Position numbers and translations under genes: made by a program. From Callorhinchus milii (taxonomy: Eukaryota), in contig NW_024704742.1 of assembly GCF_018977255.1 (NCBI RefSeq), positions 58,468,001 through 58,532,000 on the forward strand: DNA of 64,000 nt, given 5' to 3'. Under the pieces are notes generated by a model. It was given only the letters and a program-made list of their open reading frames with translations. It did no database searches and was not told the origin of the DNA. Shown here in pieces: positions 60,998 to 64,000 of the stretch. The stretch's first letter is position 1. Each line of letters starts with the position of its first letter.

Positions 60998-63900
60998 ATT
61001 GAGCTCAATGCAAAGACAATGCAAAGTCTGAAAAGATGAGGCTTTGAAGAGTGTTGGTCAGCACTGTGAGGCAATGTTCCACATATATTGTGAACCTTAA
61101 AACTTAATATCCAAAGTTAATATGAAGGGTTTAACAAAAAAAAGTATCAATGGACAATTTGATTTTAGATCTTGTGAAGCCAGCGTGTGAACCTATGTCC
61201 TATCATTCTGAGGTGTTATGGTATCTACCAACACGTTACCATTGGACAGCACACGACAGTAAAGAACGGTGGAGATATAAGCAAAAGCGATACCAGGACT
61301 TTATTTTTAAATAAAGGCATTGACTTCACAAACAGCAACCCATCACTGTCAGCGCCTCCGCTGGCTGAGCAGCACTCTCTTTGTGTGGCAAGACGCACAG
61401 GCTGAACCTAGCATAATGGAATGATCTGTTCAATGAGAAGGCTTCATTCAGAGCAGGATGTTCCTATTAACAGTCTATGACTAGATGATTAGGGTTCTCC
61501 TTCCCTTCCAGCTACATGTTACCTAGACAGGAAACATTGAGGTGGCCAAACAGTTATCTTGAGTGAAAAATAGAAAAATTAGAAAATTAAAGCACTGCCT
61601 TTGGCAATAACATTTAACACATGCATTGAGGGCACCTTCTCTCCGAATGCCCCAATTCCTAGTAAACTGCTGATGAAACATTGAGCTCTGGAGGCTGTAG
61701 GTTATTTGAAGCAAACAGATCAGTACCTCTGTGTTTGTTAATGATCCTGTTCCCCACTGTATTGAAGCATTAGAATGAAAACAAATAGTGTGTTGTCCCC
61801 CGCTTCCACTTTGAGAGCAGCTTAAAGGAATTAGAATTTCCCCGAGGCAAGTTTCTGTGTGAATTGCCTAAATGTGTGTACATGAAAATCAATGTAGCTC
61901 AATAAACATGCCAGTGTTCAAGGCATTACAGGACGTAAGCACCACAACAATATTATCATTGAATTTTTTTTTCTTTTAGAAAGAAGGTTTAAGAGCTTGA
62001 TGGCTGGCCTTTCCTGCATGTAGTTCAGCAGAGGCCAGATCATTTGCAGAGAGACATATGCCAATGGGGAGAACATTAGAAAAAATATTTGGGACATGCT
62101 AAATTAAAAAACACAAAAATAGGAATACCAAGAATGGAAGAGGAACCAGGAGCAGGAATCCTATCTGGATCTCCTCTCCCAAACCCTTGGAAACCTTGGA
62201 TTCAGGGATCAGGCTGGCTCAGTTCATAGCACTCTTGGTTCTGGTCACAGTAAAATCATGTGAAGCCCTTTGAGAGTCTTGAAAATGTGATAAGGTGCTA
62301 TATCAAATGCAAGAATTATTATTATTTATAAGAAAGATAACCTTATGTAATTTTCTGGTTCATCTAACAAAAGACATTCTAAGTCCAATGTACATTAAGA
62401 CAAATGTGCAGAACTGTAAACGTTTCTGCTACTGCTGTACAATTATAACTGGGCTTCACAGTTTCCAATTTTAATCAGTAAACAGTGGCATTTATTGGAT
62501 TCTTCAGTTTTCTCCAAATAAAGGAAAATGATTTTTCTACCACTTTTGTTTATTGTTTTGAACAAAAATGGCCAAAGTCCAATCATAAGGTCACCAAAAA
62601 TATCACGTTTTGCCAAAGCAAATGTCAAAACTCAAGACTACAACTGCCTGCTGGGCAAATCATTAGAAGGTGGAAATATATAATTCTGTCATCTCTATGA
62701 GTAAAGCAGGAAGTGATATTAGTGGTGCTGCCTGCATATGTGATGTCAGTGGTTAATTTATGAACTGGCAGCTGAAAAGATCCATAAAAATTCAACTAAA
62801 ATCCAGGAAAAAAAATGACGGTCAAATAAACATCAGTATCATCTGTCAAAAATTAAGAAACATAACAGTCAAAAAATAGAACCCAAATTATAACAAAGGA
62901 GTTAGTTCAGGTTACTGGATTTTTGTAACAGAAATAATTACTCAGATCTCAAATCGTTACAAAATTGTTAAAAAAAAACACAGGAAAAACTGACATTCCT
63001 ATATAGGCTTCAGCCTGGATATTTAACTTCATGGCAGTCTTCAATAGGGAACGCTCTGTCGTTTTCACAAATTAAATTTAAAATTACAGTGTCAGAAAAC
63101 TGCTGTGCATTAATTGCACTGCCTTGAACAAGATGTTTCATGAATGTTTGAGCTGATACAATGTGCAGTTGATGACCAACACATAAATTTGCTACACTGT
63201 TCACCAACAAACAGTCAGTGCACTTCACAGAAAATCCTGTGAGGTGCTTTGGGATGTCCTGCTGATGTTAAATGGCTCCATATCAATTGCAATGATTACT
63301 TTTATTATTATTATTATTCTTAAACACCCCGTTGCTGTTCACTGTCCAACCTCACAAATTCCTTGATAAGGATTCCCATTAAAATTCCCTTTGACCTTCA
63401 GGAACTCTGCTCCGGAAGTACATGGTGTTGTGTGCATTCCCATTTGGTCGGTGTGACTGACATCCACTTACCAGAGGGAATCCTTATATGAGAGATTCAT
63501 TTCCTTATTAAGAATTCTATTAAAAAGGCAAATTACACCCCAATGTCCCTTGCTGATTTTGCTGCTGATGGTTTTGCTGCTCATCCCACATACTCCAAAT
63601 GTCTCTTGACATTCTAATGATTCAATCGTGAAGTAATGCACAATTTCATTCAATTATTACCCGATGACTTAATGTCGTCCATTCATTCTTGATGTGCAGT
63701 CTTTTCTGGGATGGATATTCATTGGGTATAACAAGAATGAAGCTTTAAGTAGATATAACTGTCTTGAGGTCTCCAGTCATACTTCTGCACCATTGCCTAA
63801 GAAACTTTCACTTTATTCGGAGATTCAGAAATGACAGATAGCCTGTTAAAAGGCATTGGTGAGGACTAAGGGAAAAATTATACTTCAAGCTTCTCAGGAA

Positions 63901-64000
63901 ATAAAGTTCTCAAAAGGTCATGGTGATAATGGATGTGGTTATAATAACTTGCATGAAGGCTATTAATTGATCATTCTTTTCGGTCGTCTCTGATAAATCT

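Noticed and set aside
228..63320. Apparent excess of SINE and L2 copies in the gene-sense orientation
   Set aside because: The by-eye tally is modest and incomplete; not supportable without systematic annotation
53621..64000. Expected upstream EGF7 exon of TENM3
   Set aside because: No matching cysteine-pattern exon found by eye; it probably lies right of the window, though a miss cannot be excluded

Overview
Vertebrate genomic DNA, most likely a cartilaginous fish; this is inferred from the mix of DeuSINE-like, L2 and CR1 repeats and is not verified. The whole window lies inside a minus-strand teneurin gene whose translation best matches teneurin-3 (TENM3/ODZ3). Fifteen GT-AG exons between 53620 and 1516 join in one open frame (3152 nt, about 1050 codons) covering the EGF7-8 insert, EGF8, the cysteine-rich/TTR/FN-plug region, the NHL propeller and the start of the YD shell. 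Three of the exons are frame-preserving microexons: 27 nt AHFLDKIVK, 21/18 nt (A)DKIGYK with a NAGNAG acceptor, and 21 nt NKDFRHS. The gene's 5' and 3' ends lie outside the window. Introns hold a truncated CR1 LINE, L2 fragments, at least three SINE families and palindromic MITE-like elements. No new gene system, CRISPR array or real tRNA gene is supported. The most unusual signal is non-coding: several 65-115 bp copies of nearby intronic sequence, inverted or direct, some of them pasted into SINEs. One is a three-piece mosaic at 6369-6565, and the set looks like fossil templated-insertion repair events. Also notable are a modular young SINE sharing a covarying 3' stem-loop with L2, and several CpG-type replacements at residues recalled as conserved in TENM3. 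Repeat boundaries were judged by eye and are approximate.
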